Assembly: GCA_041655735.1 (NCBI GenBank)
Contig: JBBAEV010000002.1
Location: 1 to 54,592 of the forward strand
DNA length: 54,592 bases
Direction of reading: 5' to 3'
Origin: Bacilli bacterium
GTDB lineage: Bacteria; Bacillota_I; Bacilli_A; RF39; UBA660
Position numbers and translations under genes: made by a program. Below the pieces are notes generated by a model that made no database searches, was not told the DNA's origin, and saw only the letters and a list, made by a program, of their open reading frames with translations. Shown in pieces: positions 7,782 through 17,163 of the stretch. How positions within the stretch are numbered: the first letter of the stretch is position 1; each line of letters begins with the position of its first letter.

Positions 7782-9734
7782 ATGAAGTATTTTTATAGAA
7801 TGTGGTTAACAATTTTTTTAAGTAGCTTATTAGTAGAAATAACATTTAGATTAATAGCTTTTGGAGAGTTATTTAACCTAATATTAATTAGAATTTTATT
7901 ATTTAGTTTAACAGTATCGATAGTTATGATGATATTAATATCTTTTTTTAGGCCTATAATAACTAAAATAATTGTTTTATTATACATATTTTTAATTAGT
8001 TTTTATGGACTAATACAACTTACTTTTAATAATTTATTAGGGGCTTATATGTCATTTAAAGCATCAATAAATAATGGATTAACTAGAGTAATAAATGAAC
8101 AATTAGGAGAATTTATTAGCGCCATAAAGCTGCAATACCTTTTGTTATTTATCCCCTTTATATTATTAATATTAAACATAAAAAAGAATAAAAAGAAATG
8201 GAAAAAAAGTTTTAATCTAAATAGAACCCAAGTAATAGTATTTTTTATAATAGGTATTATTATCCATATAGCATCTTTATTAACTCTTACAGCCCAAAGT
8301 TTTAGTACTGAATATGCCATAATAGGTGATAAAGAACTATATAATTATGTTGAATATCAAGAATTAGGATTAAATCGTTTAGGATTGGTAAGATTTGGTT
8401 CTAGAGATTTAACTACAATGATATTTCCTAAGGAAAAAACAATAGATGTTGATGGTAATCTTACTCCAGGGAATAATAAATTTACTGAATCTGATTATGT
8501 GAGAAAAATAGATGATACTAAATGGGAGGAGTTAATTAATAATGAAACAGATAAAGATATACTTACTCTTCATGATTATTATATTAATCGCTTTATTACT
8601 CCTAAAAATGAGTACACTGGTGTATTTAAAGATAAGAACTTTATTTTTATTATGGCTGAAGCATTTGATTATATTGCGATAGATAAAGATATAACTCCAA
8701 CTTTATATAAAATAAGAACTGAAGGCTGGAGTTTTGAAAAAAATTATCGTCCTAAATATAGTTGTACTACTGGAGAAAGTGAATTTATTAGTTTAGTACC
8801 TATTGTACCTGTTTCAACAGTATGTACACCTAATTATTTTAAAAATAATGAATATCCAATATCTATATTTTCATTATTTAATAAAAGTAATTATTATAGT
8901 ACTTCATATCATAATTTTACTGACCAATATTATTCTCGAACAATTTATCATAAAAACATGGGAGCAATAGAATTTTATAATAGAGATAAATTAAAAAACC
9001 CTGTTTTAAATGGATGGGGCAGCGATAAAGATTTAGTTAGGCTATCTACACCATATTATATGGACAAAGATAAATTTTTTACTTTTATGATTACTTCTAG
9101 CGCTCATTTCCCTTATGATATAACAAGTACTATCCAACAACGACATTGGGATAAAGTAAAAAACTTAGATATGCCATATAAAATAAAAACTTATTTAGCA
9201 AAATCTATTGAGCTTGATCAAGCCATAGCTGATTTATTAGATAATTTAGAGCAGCGCAACAAATTAGAAGATACAGTAATCGCAATATATGGTGATCATC
9301 ATCCTCTTCGTATGGAATTATCTTATATAAAAGAGTATTCTGATGTTGATCGCAGTAAAGCCATAGATATTGATATAAATCCATTTATTATATATACTCC
9401 AAATATGGAACCTAAAGTTATTAATGAAGTAAGTGACACTTTTGATTTTGTTCCTACGATTGCGAATCTTTTTGATTTAGACTATGATCCAAGGTATTAC
9501 TTTGGTAGTGATATATTTTCAGAAGAAGAACCACTAGCGATATTCAATGGAGGTAGTTGGATCACTGAAAAGGGATATTACAATGCAGTTAAAGGAGAAT
9601 TTACTCCACATGTTGATGAAGAAGTATCAAGCAAATATATAAATAATATAACTAATTATGTAAAAGGAGCTTTTGAAATATCATCAAAGACTTTATATAA
9701 AAATTATTATAAGAAAAGATTTAATGATAAATAA
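7782..9734 (+). CDS. LTA synthase family protein (N-terminal TM bundle + extracellular sulfatase-type domain)
   Basis: Five hydrophobic N-terminal helices are followed by a sulfatase-like domain (FIMAEAFD, SSAHFPY, YGDHHP). TGTTATAAT lies at 7756-7764. Confidence 0.75.
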   Translation: MKYFYRMWLTIFLSSLLVEITFRLIAFGELFNLILIRILLFSLTVSIVMMILISFFRPIITKIIVLLYIFLISFYGLIQLTFNNLLGAYMSFKASINNGLTRVINEQLGEFISAIKLQYLLLFIPFILLILNIKKNKKKWKKSFNLNRTQVIVFFIIGIIIHIASLLTLTAQSFSTEYAIIGDKELYNYVEYQELGLNRLGLVRFGSRDLTTMIFPKEKTIDVDGNLTPGNNKFTESDYVRKIDDTKWEELINNETDKDILTLHDYYINRFITPKNEYTGVFKDKNFIFIMAEAFDYIAIDKDITPTLYKIRTEGWSFEKNYRPKYSCTTGESEFISLVPIVPVSTVCTPNYFKNNEYPISIFSLFNKSNYYSTSYHNFTDQYYSRTIYHKNMGAIEFYNRDKLKNPVLNGWGSDKDLVRLSTPYYMDKDKFFTFMITSSAHFPYDITSTIQQRHWDKVKNLDMPYKIKTYLAKSIELDQAIADLLDNLEQRNKLEDTVIAIYGDHHPLRMELSYIKEYSDVDRSKAIDIDINPFIIYTPNMEPKVINEVSDTFDFVPTIANLFDLDYDPRYYFGSDIFSEEEPLAIFNGGSWITEKGYYNAVKGEFTPHVDEEVSSKYINNITNYVKGAFEISSKTLYKNYYKKRFNDK

Positions 9735-9761
9735 AAAACGATGAGATTTCTTATCGTTTTT
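9733..9761. terminator. bidirectional terminator between ltaS-like gene and lexA
   Basis: ACGATGAG-ATTT-CTTATCGT with one G-T pair, flanked by an A-run and a T-run. Confidence 0.65.
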
Positions 9762-10377
9762 AAAACTTTCTAAATAGTCCAATAGCTTTACCTAATATAG
9801 TTACATTGTCTAATATAATAGGATCATATAAGTCATTTTCTGGTTGCAATCTAATATAACCATTATCTTTATAAAAAGTTTTTAATGTAACTTCATCCTC
9901 GCTTGTCATGGCTACAACAATATCCCCGTTGTTAGCCACTTTACATCTTTCTATAATCATAACATCACCATCGTGAATATGTTTGTTCACCATGCTATCG
10001 CCACTCACTTCTAAAGCAAATACTTCTTTGCGGGGCGGAACTAGTTCAATAGGTAGTGAAAATGTCTCGTCAGGTCTTTCAATAGCGGTAATAGGATCTC
10101 CTGCGGTAACTTTACCTAATAAAGGGACTTCAATTACTCTATCATATGATGGTTCAAATTCATTCTTTACTAATAACTCAATGGCTCTATTCTTTTGTTC
10201 GTCCTTTTTGATAAAACCCTTAAGTTCAAGATTAGAAAGATGAGAATGAATAGTTGCGGGGGAAGATAAGTTTAAGGCTTTTCCTATTTCTCTGACAGTA
10301 GGAGGATAGCCATTTGACACAATATATTTTTTTATAAAAGTTAGAATTTCCTCTTGTCTATCGGTTAAATTTTCCAT
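9760..10377 (-). CDS. lexA: LexA repressor
   Basis: N-terminal winged HTH (TVREIGKALNLSSPATIHSHL). S24 peptidase motif VSGDSM with a downstream Lys (VTLKTF). SD AAGGAGG. Confidence 0.95.
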   Translation of the reverse strand: MENLTDRQEEILTFIKKYIVSNGYPPTVREIGKALNLSSPATIHSHLSNLELKGFIKKDEQKNRAIELLVKNEFEPSYDRVIEVPLLGKVTAGDPITAIERPDETFSLPIELVPPRKEVFALEVSGDSMVNKHIHDGDVMIIERCKVANNGDIVVAMTSEDEVTLKTFYKDNGYIRLQPENDLYDPIILDNVTILGKAIGLFRKF

Positions 10378-10410
10378 TAATAACCTCCTTATATTTAATG
10401 CTACATTTAC

Positions 10411-10439
10411 ATATTAACATAATAAGTGTAAAAAGTCAA
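10411..10439 (-). promoter_or_regulatory. lexA promoter TTGACT-17-TAATAT (minus strand)
   Basis: The reverse complement reads TTGACT (10434-10439), a 17-nt spacer, then TAATAT (10411-10416). Confidence 0.6.
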
Positions 10440-10450
10440 ACATTTGTTCG
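10437..10450. promoter_or_regulatory. LexA (Cheo-type) box 1, overlaps lexA -35
   Basis: CAAACATTTGTTCG compared with the Firmicute consensus CGAACnnnnGTTCG. Confidence 0.65.
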
Positions 10451-10458
10451 AAAACTTA

Positions 10459-10487
10459 TTGACACGAACAAACGTTTGTATTAATAT
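10459..10487 (+). promoter_or_regulatory. promoter TTGACA-17-TAATAT driving the 46-aa ORF
   Basis: TTGACA at 10459-10464 and TAATAT at 10482-10487. LexA box 2 occupies the spacer. Confidence 0.6.
10465..10478. promoter_or_regulatory. LexA (Cheo-type) box 2
   Basis: CGAACAAACGTTTG compared with the consensus CGAACnnnnGTTCG. Confidence 0.65.
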
Positions 10488-10512
10488 TGAGATGTAATGA
10501 AGGAGGGGTAAT

Positions 10513-10653
10513 GTGAAAATTTTATTAAAAAACAAAATTGTAGTGATCTTTTATGTAATGGTGGTGTTTTTTACATATTTATTAATGTATCGGGTTGAAA
10601 GTTTAGAAAACAAAAACATAAATCATAATAATTTAGTTATTAATATTAGATAA
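10513..10653 (+). CDS. 46-aa single-TM protein divergent from lexA; candidate SOS cell-division inhibitor (YneA/SosA position)
   Basis: Absent from the ORF track, probably because it is too short. A GTG start lies 6 nt after AGGAGG (10501-10506). Product is VKILLKNKIVVIFYVMVVFFTYLLMYRVESLENKNINHNNLVINIR. A terminator follows directly. Confidence 0.5.
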   Translation: MKILLKNKIVVIFYVMVVFFTYLLMYRVESLENKNINHNNLVINIR

Positions 10654-10676
10654 AGACAAAATTTTGTCTTTTTTTC
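10652..10676 (+). terminator. intrinsic terminator
   Basis: Perfect palindrome AAAGACAAAATTTTGTCTTT followed by a T-run. Confidence 0.75.
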
Positions 10677-10734
10677 TTTTCAATTAAAAAATACTCTGTT
10701 ATAATGATAATAGAATAAAATAGGAGGGGTACCT

Positions 10735-12732
10735 ATGACGCTTAATGATAAAAAGATAGTCGATACTATTAAAATGTTAAGTATTGATATGATTAATGAG
10801 GCAAAAAGTGGTCATCCTGGTATTGTTTTAGGAGCGGCCCCTATTTTATATACTTTATTTTTAAAACATTTAAATATTAGTATTAATGATCCTGAATGGA
10901 TTAATAGAGATAGATTTATTATGTCGGCAGGACATGGTAGTGCTCTTTTATATGCGACTATGTTTATGGCTGGTTATAATATTACTTTAGATGATTTAAA
11001 AGGATTTAGAAAAATAGATTCTAAAACTCCGGGGCATCCTGAATATAAAGTGACACCTGGGGTTGAAATAACAACTGGACCTTTAGGACAAGGCTTGGGA
11101 AATGCTGTTGGTATGGCTATGGCTGAAAGAAAATTGGCTTCTATGTTTAATATTGATAAAAAGGGTTTATTTGCTCAAGATATTAATATATTTAATCATT
11201 ATACCTATGTTCTTTGTAGTGATGGCGATTTAATGGAGGGCATATCATATGAAGCAGCATCTCTTGCGGGAACACTAAAACTAGGGAGATTAATTGTTTT
11301 ATATGATTCAAATAATGTTAGTTTAGATGGTTCTACCAATAAAACATTTACTGAAAATGTATTAGGAAGATTTAGTGCTTTAGGATGGCATACACAGTAT
11401 GTTAATAATGGTGAAGATGTCAATAAAGTAAGTAAAGCTATTGCTAGAGCTAAAAAAGTTTTAGATAAACCTTCAATAATTGAAATAAAAACTATTATAG
11501 GTAAAGGAGTAGTAGGAGAAGGAACTAATAAAGTTCATGGAACTCCTTTATCAGAGTCAGAAATAGAAACTTTAAAACAAAAATTAGGTTATAATAAAAG
11601 TTCTTTCTTAGTATCACAAAAAGCAATGACAGAATTTAAGAATTTAATATCAGAACGTATTAATAGCGTTTATTCAAAATGGGCAGAAGAATATAAATTA
11701 TATATGAAAGAAGCAAAAGATACCACAAAAGAATTATTAAATCAATTAATTCAAAACAAATTTACTTTTGATATATCTCAAAACATGTGGAATTTTACTG
11801 AAGACACTAATGAAGCAACAAGGGTTACTAATGGTAAAGTTATGAATATTGTTGCGGAAAATCTACCTAATTTTATTGGTGGTAGTGCTGATTTAGCTTC
11901 ATCTACTAAAACGTATATAAATAAAGAAAAAAATTTCTTGTATCCATCATATACTGGTAAAAATATTTGGTTTGGAGTTAGAGAACATCTTATGGGAGCT
12001 GTTTTAAATGGATTTGCGGTATCAGGATTTTATCCATTTGGATCCACGTTCTTAAATTTTGCTGATTATTTAAAGCCAGCATTAAGATTAGGGGCTTTAA
12101 TGGATTTGCCAGTGACCTATATATTTACTCATGATTCAGTAGATATTGGCCAAGATGGTCCTACCCATCAACCTATTGAACAATTAGCTATGCTTCGTGC
12201 TACTCCTAATTTAAATGTATATAGACCAGCTGATGCGAATGAAGTAGTGGGTGTATGGAAAGATATTTTAAATAAGAAAAAACCTAGCGCAATAGTATTA
12301 GGAAGAAATGATGTGAAATTACAACCAGGAAGTAAAGTTGATGAGGTAAGCAAGGGTGGATATATTATATCTAAAGAAGAAAAATATCCAAGAGGTATAA
12401 TTATTGCTACTGGTAGTGAAGTTCAAATGGCTAATTTAATAAAGAATGAATTGATTAAAAAAGGAATAGACATTAGGGTAGTCAGTATGCCATGTGTTGA
12501 AAATTTCTTAACTCAACCTAAAGAATATCAAGATGAATTATTTCCAATAGGTATTAAAAAGATAGTAATAGAACCATCTTCAGATAGTGTTTGGCATCGC
12601 TTTGTATATAACGATAAATATCTTATTAATATCAATGAATTTGGTGCGAGTGGTACTAGAGAACAAGTATTAAAGAAATTAAAAATAGATTATGTATCAG
12701 TACTTGAAAGAGTAGAAAAATTATTAAGATAA
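10735..12732 (+). CDS. tkt: transketolase
   Basis: Motifs GHPG, ThDP motif SDGDLMEG and GQDGPTHQPIEQL. 665 aa. TGTTATAAT lies at 10697-10705. Confidence 0.95.
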   Translation: MTLNDKKIVDTIKMLSIDMINEAKSGHPGIVLGAAPILYTLFLKHLNISINDPEWINRDRFIMSAGHGSALLYATMFMAGYNITLDDLKGFRKIDSKTPGHPEYKVTPGVEITTGPLGQGLGNAVGMAMAERKLASMFNIDKKGLFAQDINIFNHYTYVLCSDGDLMEGISYEAASLAGTLKLGRLIVLYDSNNVSLDGSTNKTFTENVLGRFSALGWHTQYVNNGEDVNKVSKAIARAKKVLDKPSIIEIKTIIGKGVVGEGTNKVHGTPLSESEIETLKQKLGYNKSSFLVSQKAMTEFKNLISERINSVYSKWAEEYKLYMKEAKDTTKELLNQLIQNKFTFDISQNMWNFTEDTNEATRVTNGKVMNIVAENLPNFIGGSADLASSTKTYINKEKNFLYPSYTGKNIWFGVREHLMGAVLNGFAVSGFYPFGSTFLNFADYLKPALRLGALMDLPVTYIFTHDSVDIGQDGPTHQPIEQLAMLRATPNLNVYRPADANEVVGVWKDILNKKKPSAIVLGRNDVKLQPGSKVDEVSKGGYIISKEEKYPRGIIIATGSEVQMANLIKNELIKKGIDIRVVSMPCVENFLTQPKEYQDELFPIGIKKIVIEPSSDSVWHRFVYNDKYLININEFGASGTREQVLKKLKIDYVSVLERVEKLLR

Positions 12733-12745
12733 TCTACTCTTTTTT
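12709..12745 (+). terminator. intrinsic terminator overlapping the tkt 3' end
   Basis: AGAGTAGA, a 16-nt loop, TCTACTCT, then TTTTT. Confidence 0.55.
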
Positions 12746-12772
12746 GACATCTTTTTATCTTATTAATTTATA
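12744..12772 (+). promoter_or_regulatory. candidate promoter TTGACA-17-TTTATA
   Basis: TTGACA at 12744-12749, a 17-nt spacer, and TTTATA at 12767-12772. Confidence 0.4.
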
Positions 12773-12800
12773 TACTAGTTAAGAAGATAGAGGTGATTAA

Positions 12801-13232
12801 ATGCGTACATATTATATATTTTGTATTAATAATCATTTTTGTACTTTTTATAAAGAAAATCCGCATATCATTTATGATATGTTAAATCAATTATATAAAT
12901 TAAATAAAAAAGACTTTATGATGGGATACCGTCTTTTTGAACAAATGTGCTTACCTTTTAATAAAAATAGTTTAAACGAGTATATATATAATAATCATAA
13001 TAAAGATATTTCATATCAACATATAAATAATAATCATATAATAAATAATATATATACTAATGAATTGAGTAAATTAATAGTAAAAAATATATATATAAAA
13101 ATAACTACTAATCTTCCTTATTCCATACTCTATAATACTTTAAATAGATATAATGAAAATCTTTTTATTTGTGATTTTAATAATGAAGATTATTTTTGGC
13201 TTGATAAAGTTTCAATGGAAACCCTTGTCTAA
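12801..13232 (+). CDS. SirA (YneE)-like protein, called mainly by position
   Basis: 143 aa, located between tkt and yneF exactly as B. subtilis sirA is. The size is similar. The C-terminal DYFWLDKV...V loosely recalls my memory of the SirA C-terminus. Sequence similarity was not verified. Confidence 0.4.
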   Translation: MRTYYIFCINNHFCTFYKENPHIIYDMLNQLYKLNKKDFMMGYRLFEQMCLPFNKNSLNEYIYNNHNKDISYQHINNNHIINNIYTNELSKLIVKNIYIKITTNLPYSILYNTLNRYNENLFICDFNNEDYFWLDKVSMETLV

Positions 13233-13274
13233 ATCAATATTTTCTAGTAAAATATAAATATAAGGAGGAATGAG

Positions 13275-13484
13275 ATGTTAGGAGATATTTTATATGTATT
13301 AGGTGGCCTTATCGTAGGGGCAATAGCAGGATTTTTTATCGCAAAAAAGATAATGATGAAATATTTAAAGAAAAATCCACCTATTAATGAACAAATGATA
13401 AAAATAATGATGACACAAATGGGAAGAACTCCTTCTCAAAAACAAATTAATCAGGTAATGAAAGCAATGAGTAAACAAATGTAA
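13275..13484 (+). CDS. yneF: UPF0154 (YneF) family small membrane protein
   Basis: An N-terminal TM helix followed by [12 protein letters not shown]...[17 protein letters not shown], characteristic of YneF. Confidence 0.88.
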   Translation: MLGDILYVLGGLIVGAIAGFFIAKKIMMKYLKKNPPINEQMIKIMMTQMGRTPSQKQINQVMKAMSKQM

Positions 13485-13497
13485 TCATTGCTTTTTT
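13462..13497 (+). terminator. intrinsic terminator
   Basis: AAGCAATGA, a 14-nt loop, TCATTGCTT, then a T-run. Confidence 0.6.
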
Positions 13498-13525
13498 AAA
13501 TGCATAAATTTTATTGGTGATATAT

Positions 13526-14173
13526 ATGATGATTGGCATTATAGGAAGACCATTAAAAGTAGAGGGTTTTAATAAAATAATATATTCTAAAGCTGTTATT
13601 GATGTTATATTGAGATACAATGCTATTCCTATAGGAATTATCCCTACTATTATTAATATCTCTAATGAAATAGATAAAACAGAAAAAGAAAAAATATATA
13701 AAATGATAGATTTATGTGATGGTATAATTTTACAAGGTGGTAGTAATTATTATAACTATGATATAGAAGCAATTAAATATATTAATGATAAAGATATACC
13801 ATTATTAGGTATATGTTTAGGAATGCAATCTATGGCCATTACAACGGGTGGTAAACTAACAAATATAAATGATCATAAAGATATTAGTATGAAATACGTT
13901 CATAAGGTAAAATTAAAAAAAGATTCGGTACTATATAAAATATATAAAAAAGAATGTCTTATGGTTAATTCTAATCATAAAAGTAAAGTAATAAATAGTG
14001 GTAATTATATAGTTACTGGATATGATTTAAAGGGTAACATTGAGGCAATAGAATTACCTAATAAAACATTTAATATTGGAGTCCAGTGGCATCCTGAATA
14101 TATGATTAATTATGATGAAGATGCTAAAAAAATATTTGATGAATTTTTTAATATTATAAAGACTAAAAAATAA
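13526..14173 (+). CDS. class I glutamine amidotransferase / peptidase C26 family hydrolase
   Basis: Nucleophile elbow LGICLGMQ and GVQWHPE. The track start at 13514 is a TTG, so the ATG at 13526 is preferred. Confidence 0.8.
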   Translation: MMIGIIGRPLKVEGFNKIIYSKAVIDVILRYNAIPIGIIPTIINISNEIDKTEKEKIYKMIDLCDGIILQGGSNYYNYDIEAIKYINDKDIPLLGICLGMQSMAITTGGKLTNINDHKDISMKYVHKVKLKKDSVLYKIYKKECLMVNSNHKSKVINSGNYIVTGYDLKGNIEAIELPNKTFNIGVQWHPEYMINYDEDAKKIFDEFFNIIKTKK

Positions 14174-14200
14174 GCAATATAGATTAATTGCTTTTTTTTT
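14172..14200 (+). terminator. intrinsic terminator
   Basis: AAGCAAT, an 8-nt loop, ATTGCTT, then a long T-run that runs into TGTTATAAT (14200-14208). Confidence 0.7.
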
Positions 14201-14237
14201 GTTATAATAATTAATGTTGATAGTAAGGGATGATGTT

Positions 14238-16145
14238 ATGGCATTAAAATATGATGAAAAATCAATTAAAGTATTACAAGGGTTAGATGCAGTAAGAAAA
14301 AGACCAGCTATGTATATTGGATCTACTGATAAAAGAGGATTACATCATTTAGTATGGGAAATAGTAGATAATTCCATAGATGAAACACTTGCGGGGTTTG
14401 GCAATTATATAAAAGTTATCATTCATAAAGACGGTAGTGTAAGTGTTACTGATAAGGGTAGAGGTGTACCTACTGGTAAACATGAAAGTGGTAAATCTAC
14501 TCCTGAGGTAATATATACTATTTTACATGCTGGTGGTAAATTTGATGAAAGTGGATATAAAGTATCAGGAGGACTTCATGGTGTTGGTAGTAGTGTTGTT
14601 AATGCACTAAGTAGCTGGATGGAAGTGTTTATAAAAAGAGCTGGTTTTGAATACTATATTAAATTCGAAAATGGTGGTAAAACCATCATACCTTTAAAGA
14701 AAATAGGAACTACAAAAGAAACAGGTACTACTGTTAAATTTATGCCTGATAGTAATATTTTTTCATCTACATCTTTCTCATTTACAAAAATATGTGAAAG
14801 AATGCAGGAAAGTGCTTTCCTAATAAAAGGATTAACTATGGAAGCAATAGATGAAGAAGATAATAAAAAAGAAGTATATCATTATGAAAATGGATTAAAT
14901 GCTTTTGTAGAATTTATTGTAGGAGATAAAAAGACTTTACATAAGGTGGTTAATTTTAATGGAGAAAATAGTGGTATTGAAGTAGAATTATCATTCCAAT
15001 ATACAGAAGGATATTCAGAGAACATTATATCCTTTGTTAATAATGTTAAAACTATTGATGGTGGTACTCATGAAGTAGGATTAAAAAGCGTAATTACAAG
15101 AGTATTTAATGAATATGCTAGAACTAATGGTTATTTAAAACAAAAAGATAGTAATTTAGATGGCAATGATGTTAGAGAAGGACTAGTAGCTATTCTTAGT
15201 TTAAGAATACCTGAAAAATTATTACAATTTGAAGGTCAAACTAAGGGTAAATTAGGAACTTCAGAGGCTAGAGGAGTAGTTGAAAAGATAGTTGGCGAAA
15301 AACTAATGTTTTTCTTAGAAGAAAATAAAGAAATAGCTTCTAACATTATGAATAAAATAATCAAATCGAAAATAGTTAGAGAAGCTGCCAGAAAAGCTAG
15401 AGAAGCCGCTAGAAAAGGAACAGGAAAAAAGAAAAATGAAAAACTACTAAGTGGTAAACTAACTCCTGCACAAACAAAAAACAAAGATAAGAATGAACTG
15501 TTTTTAGTAGAAGGAGATAGTGCTGGTGGTTCTGCTAAACAAGGAAGAGATAGAAAATTTCAAGCTATTCTTCCTCTTCGTGGTAAAGTATTAAATAGTG
15601 AAAGAGCTAAAATGGATGAAATATTAAAAAATGAAGAAATAAATACTATAATTCATACTATAGGTGCAGGTGTGGGAAGTGACTTTACAATAGGTGATTG
15701 TAATTATGATAAAATAATTATTATGACTGATGCTGACTTTGATGGTGCCCATATTCAAGTATTATTACTTACTTTCTTTTATCGTTATATGAGACCTTTA
15801 ATAGAAGCAGGTAAACTTTATATTGCGATGCCACCTTTATATAAAATAGTAAGAGGAAAAGAAGTAGAATATGCTTGGAGTGATGAAGAATTAAAAGAAA
15901 AAATATCAGGTAAAACAGGTCACACTATTCAAAGATATAAGGGACTAGGAGAAATGAATGCTGATCAATTATGGGATACTACTATGAATCCTGATAGAAG
16001 ATCTATTATTAAAATTAATATTATGGATGCCGCAATTGCTGAAAGAAGAGTAAGTGTTCTTATGGGGGATAAAGTAGAGCCTCGTAAGGAATGGATTGAA
16101 GAAAATGTTGAATTTTCTTTAGAAGATGATTATAATATAAGTTAA
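14238..16145 (+). CDS. parE: DNA topoisomerase IV subunit B (type IIA topoisomerase B subunit)
   Basis: GHKL motif EIVDNSIDE, TOPRIM EGDSAGGSAKQGRDR, and PLRGKVLN. Assigned as parE rather than gyrB because its partner at 25597 is ParC-like. The ATG at 14238 follows AAGGGA. Confidence 0.8.
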   Translation: MALKYDEKSIKVLQGLDAVRKRPAMYIGSTDKRGLHHLVWEIVDNSIDETLAGFGNYIKVIIHKDGSVSVTDKGRGVPTGKHESGKSTPEVIYTILHAGGKFDESGYKVSGGLHGVGSSVVNALSSWMEVFIKRAGFEYYIKFENGGKTIIPLKKIGTTKETGTTVKFMPDSNIFSSTSFSFTKICERMQESAFLIKGLTMEAIDEEDNKKEVYHYENGLNAFVEFIVGDKKTLHKVVNFNGENSGIEVELSFQYTEGYSENIISFVNNVKTIDGGTHEVGLKSVITRVFNEYARTNGYLKQKDSNLDGNDVREGLVAILSLRIPEKLLQFEGQTKGKLGTSEARGVVEKIVGEKLMFFLEENKEIASNIMNKIIKSKIVREAARKAREAARKGTGKKKNEKLLSGKLTPAQTKNKDKNELFLVEGDSAGGSAKQGRDRKFQAILPLRGKVLNSERAKMDEILKNEEINTIIHTIGAGVGSDFTIGDCNYDKIIIMTDADFDGAHIQVLLLTFFYRYMRPLIEAGKLYIAMPPLYKIVRGKEVEYAWSDEELKEKISGKTGHTIQRYKGLGEMNADQLWDTTMNPDRRSIIKINIMDAAIAERRVSVLMGDKVEPRKEWIEENVEFSLEDDYNIS

Positions 16146-16167
16146 TTTATAAATCGGGGGATTTGAT

Positions 16168-17160
16168 ATGGCAAATGATGTTTTTGTTTTTATGGATAAT
16201 GTATTTGGTTGGAGATTATCAAAAAAGGATTTAATGAAAATTGCTAAGGGTATTACCCATTTGTCACGTCGGAATCAGCAGATAATATGTGATAGGAGGC
16301 CTGCTGTCTTTTCACTTTTAACTAATTGTCAAAATATAGATAAAGATATATTAAGAGAAGCTTTGAAAAGTACACCGGGATTAGTGGCATTTGCAAGTAA
16401 TCATCTTGAACTTAGTAATAGAGAAATAATAGGCTGTTTAAATCGTTTAAAATTTCCATATTTTCAATTATTTTATCCCGAAGTTTTTAATGGTGTTATG
16501 TTTGATGTATATTATAAAAGAGTGACAAATAAATGGCGCATTGATAGATATGGTTCTAGTAGATATGACAGTGCTCTTGATCTTAAAACCAGCGATTTAT
16601 TAGAACTAGCCCAAAGACTTACGCTGGATGATTTTACAGAAGAGGAACTAATTGAAAGAAAAAAAGGAGTTCTTGAAGCTTTCTTTGAAGATAAATTTTG
16701 GCAAAAAGAAATAAGAAAAAACTTAGGTATAGAAAAATCTTGGAGACCTGTTCCTAGAGAAGTCCAAAATTTATATTGGCTTAATGCTATTGTTAGTCAA
16801 AAATTTATTCCCCCGAAAGATGATAGTATTTTAAAAAACAAATTATTCTTTTATGAAGTTGCTGAACTTATAAGTTCGGCAGACTCTTGTCATTATACTG
16901 CTGGTGGGGGATATAAGAGCAGTTTCAAAGAACGAAAAGAAATACAAGAGCGAGAAAAGGATTATTTAAGCGTTGTATATAGGGAAGAAGCTATGCCTGA
17001 ATTTATTGGCTGTTATTTGGCGGGATGCGACTTACATCTATGGGATAAAAGTATGAAGATTCCTGATTTACCGTTTTTTGAACAAGCAATCAAACAAATA
17101 CGAGTAGGAATAGTAAGTCAAGATTCTAATGATAAAAATAAAATAAATCAAAAGAAATAA
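16168..17160 (+). CDS. hypothetical 330-aa protein, no recognisable domain
   Basis: Starts 22 nt after the parE stop, behind a GGGGGA SD, and ends at a strong terminator. It uses codons rare elsewhere in the window (CGG, CCG, GCG). I found no matching motif. Confidence 0.6.
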   Translation: MANDVFVFMDNVFGWRLSKKDLMKIAKGITHLSRRNQQIICDRRPAVFSLLTNCQNIDKDILREALKSTPGLVAFASNHLELSNREIIGCLNRLKFPYFQLFYPEVFNGVMFDVYYKRVTNKWRIDRYGSSRYDSALDLKTSDLLELAQRLTLDDFTEEELIERKKGVLEAFFEDKFWQKEIRKNLGIEKSWRPVPREVQNLYWLNAIVSQKFIPPKDDSILKNKLFFYEVAELISSADSCHYTAGGGYKSSFKERKEIQEREKDYLSVVYREEAMPEFIGCYLAGCDLHLWDKSMKIPDLPFFEQAIKQIRVGIVSQDSNDKNKINQKK

Positions 17161-17163
17161 AAT

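Noticed and set aside
15365-15420. Tandem peptide repeat REAARKA/REAARKG inside parE, considered as a possible insertion or slippage artefact.
   Set aside because: From memory, an equivalent basic AREAARKARE linker precedes the TOPRIM domain in ParE/GyrB of other Firmicutes. It is therefore a normal feature.
16168-17160. A firm claim that orf330 is horizontally transferred, based on GC content.
   Set aside because: Hand counts of a few 60-nt windows gave values from 23 to 45 percent GC inside the ORF. Conserved neighbours (parE, uvrA) also reach about 42 percent locally. Without a proper computation the compositional argument is only suggestive.
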